The position numbers and the translations under genes were made by a program. From the human T2T-CHM13v2.0 reference genome, Homo sapiens: DNA of 64,000 nt. Below, piece by piece: positions 43,406 to 59,960 of the stretch. Position 1 is the first letter of the stretch; every line of letters begins with the position of its first letter. The notes under the pieces were generated by a model, which was not told the DNA's origin, ran no database searches, and was given only the letters and a program-made list of their open reading frames with translations. The stretch lies in NCBI RefSeq assembly GCF_009914755.1, contig NC_060930.1; one strand, written 5' to 3'.

Positions 43406-44518
43406 ACACATATTGCAGCTGGAACGTGGTGGCATAGCAGTCTCTATGTAAGTGGCCATGGAAGATCACAACAAAGGGCAGCAGGGCACAAAGTCCAGAG
43501 AGCCAGGAGCAAGGGGAATTGGTGATGCTAGAAATTGAGAGCTGGAAAGAGCAGAAAAAAGAGCATCCTAAATAGCGATGCTTGGTCTTCTCCAGCAGTC
43601 ATGGAGCAGTCAGGGTTCACTGTGAGAAGAGAGACACCATTTCCACAAATTGTCTAATGAGAATCTGGAGAATGACCCTCTTATTCTCTGTGGATTTGAA
43701 TTTTCTCTGTAGGCTTCAATGAGTTAAAGAAAATACTCTTCAAACTACATACTAAGAAGTTCAGTCTTTCTTATGGCAAATAAAGAAAACCTAGTAACTT
43801 TTTAAAACTCTACTTTATTATTATGACTTGAGATGTTTGTTTCTAAAATTACAACCCAGTGGACTGGCTGTACATTTTTCTATGTCATTTGTATACAATC
43901 TAAAAGGTCTAAATAACTTGATTGTGAATACTGTGTTTGCTGTAAAAAAAAAAAAAGAGAGAGAGAAAAAAAGGCACACTTAGATGAGTGGCCTACGGGT
44001 AAACTATGAAAGCAGAGATTCTACTACACAGATAATAATTTTTCATTAAAAACTTGTCAAGGTTTAGTTGATAAATGTGATTATCAATAAATTTTACATC
44101 CTGTTATTTAATCAGCTTATATATGTATCTACAGTCATTGCATAAACATAAACATGGAATTGTCTGTACCCAAAATGCATTTAGAAGTACATTATTGTAA
44201 TACAAAAGAAGTTTCCAGTCTTTTATGTTCTTATCCCCTAGATTTATTATTATACGCAAACCCAAAAAGAAGGTGTCACTTTCTGGAAACGTATTCTGAC
44301 CTATTTTGAAGTACCCTGAATGGCTGGCAGACATTGCTCCATGTGCAGTTTTAACCTGCGAGCTCTCTGGGCTGTGTGTGCTGTGTCCTTCACGAATGAC
44401 TTCTGTTCTTCAATCACTGTAAACAAAGTGACAGGAGCACCAAGAGAGTTTAAGAAAGAAAATGTTGGCATACAAAAAGAATTTTTTTCTATACAAAGTA
44501 AAATTTAAAGAATACAGT

Positions 44519-44809
<291 letters not shown>

Positions 44810-44814
44810 TCATC

Positions 44815-45400
44815 AGTTCGAGACTATAGCAGAAGTTCAAGTATGAAGCCACAGGGGTCTGAATGGTGGTATTGACCTACAAGGCAGGCTGAAAATGACA
44901 GGAGAAGGAATTATATGTGAAGAAATAATGGAAGAATACTTTCCAGAACTGGCTGATGAACTGAACATGGAGAATAACACGAGGGAATATGTGTTTTGGC
45001 TATAGGTTTCCAGCATTTGGGACAGTAGAACGACATGGACATTGTCGGAATCAGAGAGCTTGTGCGGAGGCCAGGATTATAGGCCATAAGTTCTGTTTGA
45101 GATGCAGTTTATGAGGCCTCTAAGTGGATGTGCCCAAAGATTTCAGATACACGTTCTGGGTTTTGGAAGAGTCAGAAGTGGCGAGGCACATTGCAGAGTC
45201 ATTTGGATAAAGACCATAGGTAGCATGAGCGGGTAAAGCAAGGAGGTCCTTGAGGGAAACTTTGAGGGCTGTCCTCAGTTAGAGAACAGGAAGAGGAAGA
45301 CCTGGGAGTCAGGGAGCTCAGAGAATCACGCAAGATAACAGGGTGTTCATGAGCTTTGCACTAAGAAAAAATAAGGGTTGGATGTTCAGCTTGCCTATAA
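44815..45400 (-). mobile_element. L2 fragments
   Basis: ccagaactggctgatgaactgaacatgg; gagatgcagtttatgaggcct...aagtggatgtgccca. Confidence 0.5.
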
Positions 45401-45417
45401 TATGGGAAACAGATGAC

Positions 45418-45714
45418 TTTTTTTTTTTTTTTTTTGAGACAGGGTCTCACTCTGTCACCCAGGCTGGAGTGCAGTGGCACGATCACGGTTCACTGAAGCC
45501 TTGGCTCCTGGGTTCATGCGATCCTCCCACCTCAGCCTCCTGAGTAGCTGGGACCACAGGTGCATATCACCAGGCCCGTCTGATTTTTAAATTTTTTTGT
45601 AGAGAAGGGTTCTCCCTGTTTCCCAGGCTGGTTTCTAATTCCTGGGCTCAAGCAATCCTCCTGCCTTGGCCTTCCAAATTGTTGGAATTACAGACATGAA
45701 TCATAGCACCTGGC
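45418..45714 (-). mobile_element. AluJ
   Basis: agacagggtctcactctg...gatcctcccacctcagcc...ctgggctcaagcaatcctcc. Confidence 0.92.
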
Positions 45715-46479
45715 TGACAATTATTAAAACTACAAAAACCTGATAGAGTATATGCAATCAGGTCCATAAATTATGAAACACAAGTTGTGATGCTAGTTGT
45801 TTAGTGTCAATATAAAAATTCTTAAAAAAATGTGATGGAAGTATTTACAAAGGAACTTGAACTAGCTTATGAAGAGAGACTTATCATCGTCACTTACAAA
45901 GACCACACTCCTCTCTCACAAATACTCTAGTCCCGCGGGCTACGAGTGTGCTGGCAAACCCTCAGGTCGGTGAGTCCCACTCTTTGTGAGTTCGCCTGGA
46001 GAGCAACATGGGGAGAGCGGGAGAGGTGTCATGAGCAGGTGAGGAGCCCTGGGAAGACCCTGTTGTTAAAAATGTCATCATGGATTTATCCATTAAGGTT
46101 TTTATTTCATTTCTTTTTAGAAACAAAATACCTTTTGGAACGTTTCAGCTTACAAGCTGTTTGTATCTTGCAGTATAACTATAATTAGATAATCTGGTTG
46201 CTCCTCTCCAATGAATGAAAGCATTCAGCTGTTTAACTGGGTAAAGTGAAAAGAAAGGAGAGGTAATTTTGGTGCCTGGAGTATCTCAAGGAGGTAGGCG
46301 TGGAGGGAGCAGCCGTTGCGAAGGTTTTGGGGAGATGCCAGCAACTCTGTTGCCCGTCTTTTGGTGTGTGTAGGGAAGGTGCCAAGGTGTGTTGTGGGTT
46401 CTCAGGAAGGGGGAGGTACCTGGAGGGTGGCAAGGGCACTGGCTCAGGTCTTCCCTCCTCTGTGGCCAGCAGAGGGGCA

Positions 46480-46620
46480 CGAGGGAGCCACCCAGCCCCT
46501 CTGGGCTTCTGCCTTCTCACCTGTAGATAGGGCAACAACCACACCCACCTCACAGGAATAGAGAAAGCTAGGAACAGTGCCTGGGTAACAGGAGGGAATC
46601 AATGAATGTAAGCCATGAAC
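46480..46620 (+). mobile_element. MIR fragment
   Basis: ctctgggcttctgccttctcacctgtagatagggcaacaaccacacccacctcacagg. Confidence 0.6.
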
Positions 46621-46673
46621 AACTGCAAAGAAACCCTCTGTTATTTCTATTATTTGAGTTACCTGCCTCATCC

Positions 46674-47162
<489 letters not shown>

Positions 47163-47604
47163 AAACTGATGATTCTACCCCAAGATGTTCACTCCTATAC
47201 GTTGATCTTCCCAGGTCAGCCTGCACTTCAGACTATACTTACCAAATTGTTATTCAATCATCTCTATTTCCCTTGATGCCTAAAGTGTCCAGTCCAGACT
47301 CAGCCTGCAGAGAGGGCTCCCTCCTGGCTCCCTGATATCACCTGCCAGTTCATTCCAACTCAGGCCACCTTAACCCTAACAACGAGCCACTGTATGTTGA
47401 CTATCCTGTGCTCCCCTCTGTGCCATCACTCAGGGGGTATCCTCTGCCCAGAACACTCACCCCTCCTCATCTCACAGGGCTCATCAAAGTCCCCCCATCC
47501 CAATGAAACATTTTCCTGACTCCAGCCCATAATGATCTCTCCTTTCTCTTAACCAGAGCTTTTTTCCACGTAGCCTTGGTATGTACCCTTCATTTGGTAC
47601 TTAA

Positions 47605-47984
<380 letters not shown>

Positions 47985-47999
47985 TCAGAGAATAGAAAG

Positions 48000-48220
48000 G
48001 GAATTAATATCATTTAGCACATGCTAAATGGTATCATTTCATCCTTATAATAACCCCAGGAATTAGGTATCATTTTGCAAATGATGAACTAATAATGCCC
48101 AGAGGAGCTCCGTTACATTTCCACCAGTCACAGCATTTGAAAACTGGTGGATTTCACTACATACCAGTGATGGCTTTGAACCCGGGGGTGCCTGATTCCA
48201 CACCCAGGCTGCTCTCCACG
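48000..48220 (-). mobile_element. MIR SINE
   Basis: tttcatccttataataacccc...cattttgcaaatgatgaact...tttgaacccgggg..gcctgattcca. Confidence 0.65.
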
Positions 48221-49319
48221 AAGACAGAGTGTCATTGATTCATTCTTTCGACAAGCTGATCATACTAAAATATGAATCCAAGGAAATAAGTTATATTTCT
48301 CTAACACACTTTCCTTTTTTTTTCCTACCCACTAACTGGCCCCATCTCTCCCTAACATTTAGCACAATGCTATAACTATTGTAGCTATTCAGTATATATA
48401 TTTTTTGCTTTAGCAAAATTTGATTAAGAAATATAAAGCATCCTCAGTATAAAGAGCTTTAACAAATTGGAACAAATCTCTGAAAAATATATGCATAGCA
48501 AAATTGTATGCTGATGTAAGAGACAACAGTGCCACTATCATAACAATTTCTTCTTAAAATTGCCTCCTGGCATTAACTTCACCTGAAATAATCCTTTCCT
48601 GACCTATTTAATTCTACTTATTTGGTCGAGTGTATTAAAATTCGCAGTACATTATCTTATTCAAGGAGAGTTTTTGTAAAATAGGGCCATGTTTTACAAT
48701 TAATACCAGTGGTGAAAGCCACAAATAATCTGTTTCTAACAGTCTCAATTTCTAAAACTCTGCCAAGACTTTTCAGGCCTATCATATATTTCTTGATTCG
48801 TTATTTATGAACACCTGTTATCCTGAAGTACAGTTATTCTCCCTCTACCTCTGACCAAAGTATACTATTTTTAGCATTATACAGATATGTGATCAAGGAA
48901 AGAGAAGCTTTGACAATGTATTTCAATATGTATTTTACTCCTTTTTATCTCCCTATGGTTAAAATAAATGCAGTTTTTAAAGTTTTAGGAAATTCCTTTA
49001 ACTATATGACAAGAGGTTGAGTGGGAATGTTAGAAGCTATGAAACAAGGGATTATTTCTTTCTTATTTATTACACTTGAAAGTATCATTCTTTGACTGTT
49101 ACCGTCGGGAACATACAATTCCTGGATAATAAAGGTTAAGTGTGCATAAATTTGAGATCTGCTTACAACTGACCTTTAGCTGTCTTTTAGCCTTTTTGAC
49201 AGAAACTTAAAATAAGGTTATTCCATAAAATAATTTGATTCTCCATTCTCAAATCCAGATTTGTTACTCAGTAATTAATATCTTCCAGCTAGACAGAGCC
49301 ATCAGCATTTGTAGTAAAA

Positions 49320-50590
49320 CAGCCAGCCATAGACATGATGATTAATTTGGGCAGAATCATCACCCATCTAAGTTTTAGTCTACCCAACCATAAGCAAAAT
49401 CAATATATGCATTTATTCATAAAAAATTATTTCTGTCTTCCGTTTATATTTGTCAATCATCTTTTGTAATTGTCTCCATAAGGTCTTACATAGTGATTGC
49501 TAATTTTATTATCTTAAAGTGTTTGTTTTACTTCATCTCTTGCTATTGTGAACTTTTAAAAAATATTTTCAAAGTTGTTTTTAATCGTGTATGGAAATGC
49601 TATTATTTTTAGTGCATTGATTTTTTTATGCAACAATGTTTTTACAGAGCTTTTAATTGAGCATGTCTATAGACTCTCAGGGTGTGCTGTGTAGACAGCC
49701 ATATCATCCTCAAATATAAACAGTTCTGTTTTTTCCCTTCCAATCTTTGCATGTACTTTTCTTGTGTTACCACATTAGCTAGAACCTCCAGCGTAGGGTT
49801 GAATAAAAATAATAACTTTCTTCTTATCTCCTTTCTAACCAAAATGGGAATAATCCTAAAGTTCACCATGAAGTATGGGATCTGCTATAGGTTTCTGCTA
49901 AGCGTTTTTATTTTTTAGTGAAGAAATTTTATCAAAAGTTTTATCTGCATCTATTAAAATTATCTTATTTGTCTTCCTTTAATCTAAAAATGTAAACATG
50001 ATGTTGAAAAATTCTGGCATTTCTGTGATATGGCCTATTTGGCCATCATTCAATGTGCCTATTTGTTTGGATTTCAGTGAGATTGAACTCTATGGTTTCA
50101 GTGTTAAGGTTATGTCGGCCTCGGTGAGATTGAACTCTGTGGTTTTCGTATTAAGGTTATGTTGGCCTCAGACAGTCAGCTGTGTAGCTTTTCCTCTTTT
50201 CGATTCTTAAAAAGAGTCAGTACAAAGGGGAAATTTTCTACTATTTGGAGGTTAAGTAATTTCATTAGGATTCAATTCCTAATGTGTTGTTCTTTCTATA
50301 ATGGTTTTCTCTTGATCGCTGGGTGATTTTAAAGTGTTCTTAAATTTCCAAATATATGGGGGTGTTAAAAGTTTGGCTATCTTTTAGTTAATGATTTGTT
50401 ATTTTATTTAACTTTCTGCAGAAAATGTGACATGTATGACATAGACATAGATACTTTGGAATTTCTGAAGGCTTGCTTTCTGGCTTAGTGCTTATTCAGC
50501 TTTCCAAAATAGTCCTTATATGCTTGTAAAGAATGTGTTTTATCTAACTGTTGAATGCAAGGTTCTATATAGGTCCACTGAGTCAAACTT
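49320..50590 (-). mobile_element. Old L1M ORF2 relic
   Basis: Minus ORF LFNPTLEVLANVVTQEK...GKKQNCLYLRMIWLS resembles a degenerate L1 RT segment. Confidence 0.75.
50077..50169. repeat. 47-bp tandem duplication
   Basis: gtgagattgaactct(a/g)tggttt...ttaaggttatgt(c/t)ggcctc at 50077 and 50124. Confidence 0.9.
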
Positions 50591-50619
50591 ACATGTAAAA
50601 TTTATGTGTAAACTTTATA

Positions 50620-51532
50620 TGAAAAAGTAAGCAAATTATGGTAATAATAATAATAAACCTAGGAAAGTAATGTAAAAGGACCAGCCTACCAAATATTAAA
50701 ATCATTTAAACAGTCGTGATAATCAGATCAAAATGATACTGTTCACAAATAAGGAAGACAGGCCAGTGAAACAGAATAGAAAGTCAAGAAATAGAAATTT
50801 ATAATAAGGTTAAATCTCCAATCACTGGAGAACTAGTCAATAAATACAATAGGACAACTGGATATGACCTAAAAACAATCCACAGTTGGAAACTTACCTT
50901 ACATTTTATACCAGGAAAAGTTACAAATAGACTAGTGATTTAAATGTAAAGAAAATAAATCATAAAAGTATGAGAATAAACCATTATTAATGCTCTTTTC
51001 TGACTGTTTCTATTCTTTATGCTACACAATGGGGGAAATATTCCCAATGAGACTCAAAAATCAGCATCTATAAAACATTAACGAATTCAAAAACATTTTT
51101 AAATTGTCATGGCAAAAGAAAAAATTGAAACTCCTATCACACTCAAGACTAATTTCTCTAATATAAAAGATCTCTTGAAATAGGCCAATGCCTCAGTAGA
51201 GAAAAAATGGCAAAAGATAAGAAAATACAATTCTCAGAAAAGGATATACAAATGACCTTCAAAAATAGCTTTAAAAGGTAATTATTCTCATAGTAAGAGA
51301 AATAAAACAACCCTGAAATACCATTTTTAACTATAATATTGTTAAAAATCAAACTCTGATAGCATTCTCTTTGGACAGACATTAGAAAAACAGGTAGTCA
51401 TTTATTTTTTATAGAAATGTAATTTGGTACCATCTCTGTGAAGCACGACTTGGCAATATGTATCAAAATGACCAATATGTATACCCATTGATAAAACAGT
51501 TCCTCTTCCAGGAATTTATCCTACAAGATACT
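50620..51532 (+). mobile_element. Old L1M ORF2 3' relic (sense)
   Basis: aacagaatagaaagtcaagaaataga; ttggcaatatgtatcaaaa...ggaatttatcctaca. Confidence 0.7.
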
Positions 51533-53515
51533 TTTTTTTTAAAACTTCACCTTTATTTTCCACCTTTCATTGTCATTATATTTTGAGTGTTCACTTTATA
51601 AACTAATTCAGAACTGAAGGACATTTTCCCTTTTATGATAATCTCTTTTAATAAGAGAATTTAATTCACAAACACTTTTTATTATTGCTTACATATTTGG
51701 ATCCATTCTACGTAAGTTTTTCTCTCCATATTTTTTCCTGGGACCAGGAGGATATTTACCCAGCCTTCAAGATAAAGCTGGTACTGTTTTTTTCATTCCC
51801 TCTTCTCTATTCTCTTGAAAGTTCATTTTATTTTTCAGAATAGGTATTCTTAAACTTTAATATGCTTAATTATTTGATAAGTCTAAAGGGTATCAATAAC
51901 TTTATCCTCATCTCTTTCAAGGCAGAGATATTACCTTTGACCCAGATTACCTTCCTCTCATCTTCCTTGCTATTCCTTTCTAGTATCTTAGCCCCGCTTT
52001 ATAAACCCGCCATATTGATGATTTAAAAAACTCATAATAGTCACTGCTTATTTAGTCTTAATTCATTCAACAATTTATCTACTATTAGCTCTTTCATCTC
52101 ATCTCTTTGTCCTGTGTTCAACTCACTTTTTAATAAATTTTATCCTTTGGTAAAGTTGATGATCCAGGGGTTAAAAAAATACCCTTCAGTCTTAGTCAAA
52201 TACATTTGATTTGTCTTTATTTTTGAATGATAATTTTACTAAGTTGTATTGTAGATGAATAACTTTTGTTCTTTGAGCATGTTGAACATTTTTTACCCTT
52301 TTCTCTGACCTCTATTTTATTAATGAGACATGTAATTTCCATCTAATTTGGATCTTTTATTGTAAACTGTCTTTTGTTTCTAGTTGCTTTTAATCTTTTC
52401 CTTGACTTTGGAGTTTCATAGTGTTTCTGAAAAGTGTCTAGATCTGCATTTTCCCTCTGAATATTTACATCTTTCTTAATTATGAAAAATTCCCAGTCAT
52501 TGTTGCTTCAAATATTGCCTTTCCCCATGATCTGTCCTTTCCTCTGGAGCTCCTGTGAGTGACTCGAGGGAGCATCCCGGGTCTTGGGACTCCCTGCGAT
52601 CTTTTCCATTGCTTTACCTCCCTGTGCTGCCTCTGCATTCATCTTCCAGCTCCGTGATCCAGATCTCTAATTCTCTTTTCATTTGTGGTGAATTTATTGT
52701 TCAACCTAGCTACTGAATTTTTAAGTTAATGATACTATATTTTTTCTAAAAGTTATATTTTTTAAGTGAAATATTTTTCCATGTTAAGTATTTTTAAATT
52801 ATTTATCTTGAGATTTTATTCTTCTGTTTCCAGTTGTTACCTCCACAGCTCGTGTCTATGCTCATTGGTCTGTTGAGTCTTCCTTTTGGTGACTGCATTG
52901 CCACAGTGGTGGATAATTTTTCATTGCGAGCTCATCTATATTAGGGGTTGCGTTTTCTGTGAGTCCCATGTACGAGATTATGCAAGTGTTCATGTTTTTA
53001 CATTTGCTTTGGCCCGGGCCCCAAGGGTTTCCTTTTCGTTATCTGAGACTAATGCTTTCCCTTAATTTCTGGGCTTTTGATTTCCTAGGTTTCCATTTCT
53101 CAGAGGAGGTTTGTCCCACCGAGAGCTTTGTCAAACACCAGGCTGTCTTTCTGTTTCCACAGACAGATTTGAAGAGATTTTTCCAGTTTCTTTTTCACAG
53201 GTGAGGCAGCCCTTCAAGTGTCCTGGTTGAATGCGGGAGTCTCGGATTAGTTCCCTTCTCTCACCAAATGCTCTGTTTTTCTGAAGACATTAAAACCTTA
53301 TTCCTAGTTTTGTGACCTAATCTGATACTTCCTGGGGTCTCCTGGCATCACCTGGAACTCACTTCTGCAACTGGATTTTGTCTTTATCTCTAGCATCTGA
53401 GGATTTCCTGAGCTCAGCTTTGCATTGGGCATATTTTGTTTTTTAAGTCTGTAGCAGTTGATGGATGAATCCGTTTCAGTCTTGTCTGCCATCTTGCCTG
53501 AAATGTGCTTCATTT
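51533..53515 (-). mobile_element. Old L1M 5'/inter-ORF relic
   Basis: ttttgaatgataatttt; aattcccagtcattgttgcttcaaatattgcct; ends ctgccatcttgcctgaa. Confidence 0.6.
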
Positions 53516-54040
53516 CTGCCCTTAAGAGCATTTTTCATGTTAAAAAGTCTTAATTTTAGCATTAAGAATCTCATGTGCTATATTACATGATTTTAGTTGT
53601 ATATTCAGTATCACTGGAAAATATAAGGTGAGAAATTATTTTTAGTTATTCATCACAACTGCATCACACGTATTTGAAAAATAATAGTACATCTACTTGT
53701 AAAATATATTATATATATTTTCTGTAGACAGTGATTAATGCCTGTCTAATTTGTAAGACCTCTTGCAATAACTCAATAGCTGCCTCAAGGGTTGAGAAAC
53801 ACTGTTAAGTCTTTATTTTAGAAACGTCACAATAAGTCTAAAGGAGGTCATAATATATTAATAGATAATTATATTTTTTCAGATTAATTTGTGTTTCTGA
53901 GCAAGATCCTTGGTAATTATAACAGCAGTCATAAGAACAGATATTTTCAATGAAATTTTAATTGCTAATAGAAGCAAGGATATGGAAAGCATAAGAGTAA
54001 GTCTCTGATTTGAGTTTTTTTCATGAAAGTCATTAACCTC

Positions 54041-54321
54041 TGATGTGGTTTGGCTTTGTGCCCCCACCCAAATCTCATCTCGAATTGTAAACTCCACATG
54101 TCGAGGGAGGAACCTGGTGGGAGGTGATTGGATCATGGGGGTGGTTTTCCCCATGCTATTCTTCTGATAGTGAGTGAATTCTCCTTGGCCTTCCACCATG
54201 ATTATAAGTTTCCTGAGGCCTCCCCAGCCATGCAGAAATGTGAGTCAATTAAACCTCTTTCATTTATAAATTACCCAGCCTCAGATGTTTCTTTATAGTA
54301 ATGTGAAAACGGACTAATACA
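54041..54321 (+). mobile_element. THE1D-like solo LTR with an internal deletion
   Basis: tgatgtggtttgg...ggactaataca; perfect TSD acctc; about 100 bp shorter than the LTR at 40228. Confidence 0.92.
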
Positions 54322-55696
54322 ACCTCACTGTGTTTCTGATGTTTCAATATAGTATCACTGTCTTACACATTTGTTATGGGGATAAATATTTGACAGGCTA
54401 GGTCAAGTTAGAATTTTATTGCTGCTGACCAAAGGTCATTGTAAGATTTAAAGGTCACATAGTAGGTACTATGTGATCTTTAAAAAGTTATAAAACATGA
54501 ATTTTAAAGATATATTTTATGAGTAAAAACGCTTCACATTTCTGGAGCTAATATCAATGTAATCCAGGTATTCACATATAATTTTAACTGATATGTCTAA
54601 AACATTCCTTGTTCTGTGTCCCTCTGAAAGCAATTTTCTTTTAATTCTGGATTTCTTAAACTTTAAAGAAAGATTCCTAAATTTGAAAACTACTATTTTA
54701 TGTTAAATAAACTAGTTATCCTAAGAATGAAAAATTTACTGAAATACCTTAACTGAAATAAGGTTTGTTGTCACATAAACCTTAAAAATGACTATTTGTG
54801 AATCTAAATTAACAAAAGGAGCCAGCAATTGAGAAGAACTCTTAGGAATAGCAGTCACAGCGTGACAGACACACACATACATATAGATAAGGGATTTCCT
54901 CATTTATCTCTTCTTCAAATTTTGGCTTTAATCTTAAATTATTCTCAGTATCTTTTTTTAAATAAGGACCTCTTATTGTTATTTATATGGACAGATTTTA
55001 ATATGTTTGCATTTGATGATACTGTAAAAAACAGAACTGTTGCCAGAGTTTTAAAAGTAAAGGGAATTTTTTAAATGTACAACTATTAGATATCAATTTT
55101 AAAACTACCAAAAAACTCAGAATAGCCAATTAAACCCTAAATGATTTCTAGTGAAATGAGGGAAAACACAAGCACCCGGAAGCCTATCTTGTCTATTATA
55201 ATAGTCATAAAATTTCTGAAATGTAAATAATCACTGCAATGCTAATAAGAGAAAAATAGTATTTTATTTACAGAATACATAAAGTTGTAGAATACATAAA
55301 TTTATAGAAACTTACATACTCCTTCACCTACAGAGTCAGTGTTAAACAGCCGACCCTCGGTGCAGCTGCCCTCCCTCTATCCTAGGCACAGCCACTCATC
55401 ATCTGGTCATTGTTCCTTAGCAGGACAGCCCTCTCAAGGAAGTTAACACAGGGCAGATTCAAAAGGTCAGAATTAAAATTCAATGCATGCCTACTGAATA
55501 CCTACCTATTGTGTGCCCAGCACTCTTCTAGGCAATGACAAGCTCCCTAAAAAAAAGAACTTAAGAAACTGTAATGAATAAATGATGAGGCTACAAAAAA
55601 ATCAAACAGGGTGATAGACAATAGTAGGACGGCCTCACAGAACTGAAATTGAGATGAAAGGACTTGCCAGTGAGAGGTCTGGAGAGGAGAACGGTG

Positions 55697-56088
55697 TGCA
55701 GTGGACTGAATCGTGCCCCACCGCTCCCCTCCAATTCATTATGTTGGGCAAATCCCAGCGTGACCGTATTTGGAGATGGGGCCTGTATGGAGGTAATAAA
55801 CGTGAAGTGAGATCATAATGGTGGGGCCTTAACCCAGCAGGCCCATTGTCTTTATAAGAAGAGAAAGACCAGCGATCTCTCCGCATGCACACAGAGGAAG
55901 GGCCCTGTGAGGACATTTTGAGAAGGTGACTGTCTACAAGCCAGGAAGCGATCTCTCCCTCCACAGAACTCGACTATGCTGACACCCTGATCTCCAACTT
56001 CCAGCCTCCAGAACTGTGGGAAAATACATGTGTGTTTTTCAAGCCACCTTGTCCATGGTATTTTGTTAAGGCAGCCTGGGCTAAGACA
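55697..56088 (+). mobile_element. MLT1A-like solo LTR inserted in an antisense L2 (L2 at ~55470-55695, resuming ~56570-56750)
   Basis: gtatttggagatggggcct...cttccagcctccagaactgtgg...ggcagcctgggctaagaca. Confidence 0.85.
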
Positions 56089-56116
56089 GTGCGTTCGAAG
56101 AGTCCCTAAGGAGGAA

Positions 56117-56432
56117 CTACTGCGGGACTTTTCCTTAGTTCGGCTGAAGACAGGGTTTTTTGTCCCATGGCCACGAAAATTCATGCTCACAGACAATTTG
56201 AATTTGAATGAGTAAGACAGGGTTTTGTTGGGTGAAAAAGGAAGAAAAAGGGGAAACAGGGACTCTCGCTAAGCCAGAGTCCCTGCTAGGGTGCTTCCCA
56301 CCAGCCATCCTCATCCCATTTTGGGGCTTCCCACCAGCCATTCGCATCCCAGTTTCCACACAGGAAGAGGAGGGGCCAGGCTACTCCCTGCGGCAAATGG
56401 TGTGAACCTGTGTGGCTCCTCCCAGTGGGCAG
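56117..56432 (-). mobile_element. MER48-like ERV1 LTR fragment with an internal 33-bp duplication (56293-56351)
   Basis: ttttccttagttcggctgaagacaggg...ggccacgaaaattca...ccacacaggaagaggaggggccaggct. Confidence 0.7.
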
Positions 56433-56760
56433 GAAAGATGGAGAGGGTGGACCTTCTCCAAGGACCGCCTCCCCCCTGGCTGTCTCAGAACCAGCGAGGT
56501 CAGGCCAGGCCAGGGATTGGAGGGAGGGAATTAGGGTGACCTGCCAGTGTTGGGGGTACAACTTCACCAGGTCAATTGTGCTGTGCTGAGGAGAACAGAA
56601 AGGAGATTCAAGGATTAGACACAAAGAAAGTCACTGGTGACCTTGATAAAAGCAACTTCAGTGAAATGGTGAGGGAGTGGGTTAAAGAGGGAACGGGAAT
56701 GAGGAAGCAAGGACAGTGATGATAAAGAATTCTCTTGAAAAACTTTACTATGAAGAATAA

Positions 56761-56837
56761 TGTGGAAATGGAGCGGGGACCAGGGACAGTGTGGAAATGG
56801 AGCCGTGACTGGGGATAGTGTGGAAATGGAGCAGTGG
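56761..56837. repeat. 29-bp minisatellite, ~2.6 copies (tgtggaaatggagc core)
   Basis: Core at 56761, 56790 and 56819. Confidence 0.85.
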
Positions 56838-56881
56838 CTTTTCAGAAAAAGTACTTAAAGAGAAGTCAGATATATTATTAA

Positions 56882-57000
56882 GACACACACATGCACACAT
56901 ATCCAGGTGTGCACACACACATGCACACACACACGCACACACACGCACACATATACACACATGCACTCACATATATACACACGTGCACACACACGCAAAC
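56882..57000. repeat. Imperfect (CA)n tract
   Basis: Directly visible. Confidence 0.9.
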
Positions 57001-57239
57001 AAGCGCCTGAGGATAAACGTAATATAAGAGGGATTACCAAAGCCTAGGCCAAATTCATCCACTGAAAACAAAATTATTATAATAAAAAGGAACCCTGGAA
57101 GATATGTAAAAGGAATTTACATACAAAAAATCATCCTGTAGGAAGTAGAACTGTATCTACTGTGTTAAAAAAGTTTGTGTCTCAAAATATAATGGCAAAT
57201 TGTTATTCTATTATTTTGTTGTTATTTGTTTTTTATTGT

Positions 57240-57989
57240 TTTATTTTTTCTTTGGCATTTTTATCATTGTAAAATACACATAAAACTTACCATTTTTACC
57301 ATTTTTAAGTGTACACTTCAGTGGCATTAAGTACTCTCATATGGTGTGACCATGACCACCATCTAGTTCCAGAACTTTTTCATCACCCCACATGGAAACC
57401 CCATGCCCAATAAGCAGCCACTTCCCAGAATCCTTTCCCCCAGCTCTTAAGCAGCCACTTTCTGTCTCTTGGATTTGTCTATTCCGAACGTTTCATAGAA
57501 ATGGAATCGTACAGTATGTGGTCTTTTGTGACTGTCCTCCTTCGCTTAGGAAAATGTTTTCAAGGTTCATTCATGTTGTGTCATGTATCAGATGCTCCAC
57601 ATCCTACTTGTTAGGAAAATGAAAATCTAAACCACAGGAAATACCATTTCACGCACATTAGCATGGCCACAATGAAGACTACAGAAAATAACAAGTGTTG
57701 ACGAGAATGTGGAGTGACTGGAGCCCTCATACATGGCTGGTGGGAATATAAAATGGTACAGCTATTCTGGAAAGCAGTTTGGCAGTTTCCCATACAACAC
57801 AGCATTTGCACTCCTAGGTATATATTCAAAGGAATTGAAACCAGGTGTTCAAACAAAAACTTGTCCAGTAATATTCATAGCAGCATTATTCACAATAACC
57901 AAATGGCAGAAGCAACCCAAATGTCCATCTGCGAATTAGTGGAGAAATGAAATGTGTTAAGTGCATTCAATAGAACATTATTCAGCCAT
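57240..57989 (-). mobile_element. L1MB 3' end with inversion (minus to ~57592, plus ~57600-57989)
   Basis: ccatttttaagtgtacacttcagtggcattaagtac (L1MB 3' end, antisense), then sense FIAALFTITKWQKQPKCPS. Confidence 0.85.

Positions 57990-59960
<1,971 letters not shown>

Noticed and set aside
56761-56837. Repeat-spacer-like 29-bp periodicity
   Set aside because: Only three cores, and the intervening parts resemble each other; a diverged tandem duplication.
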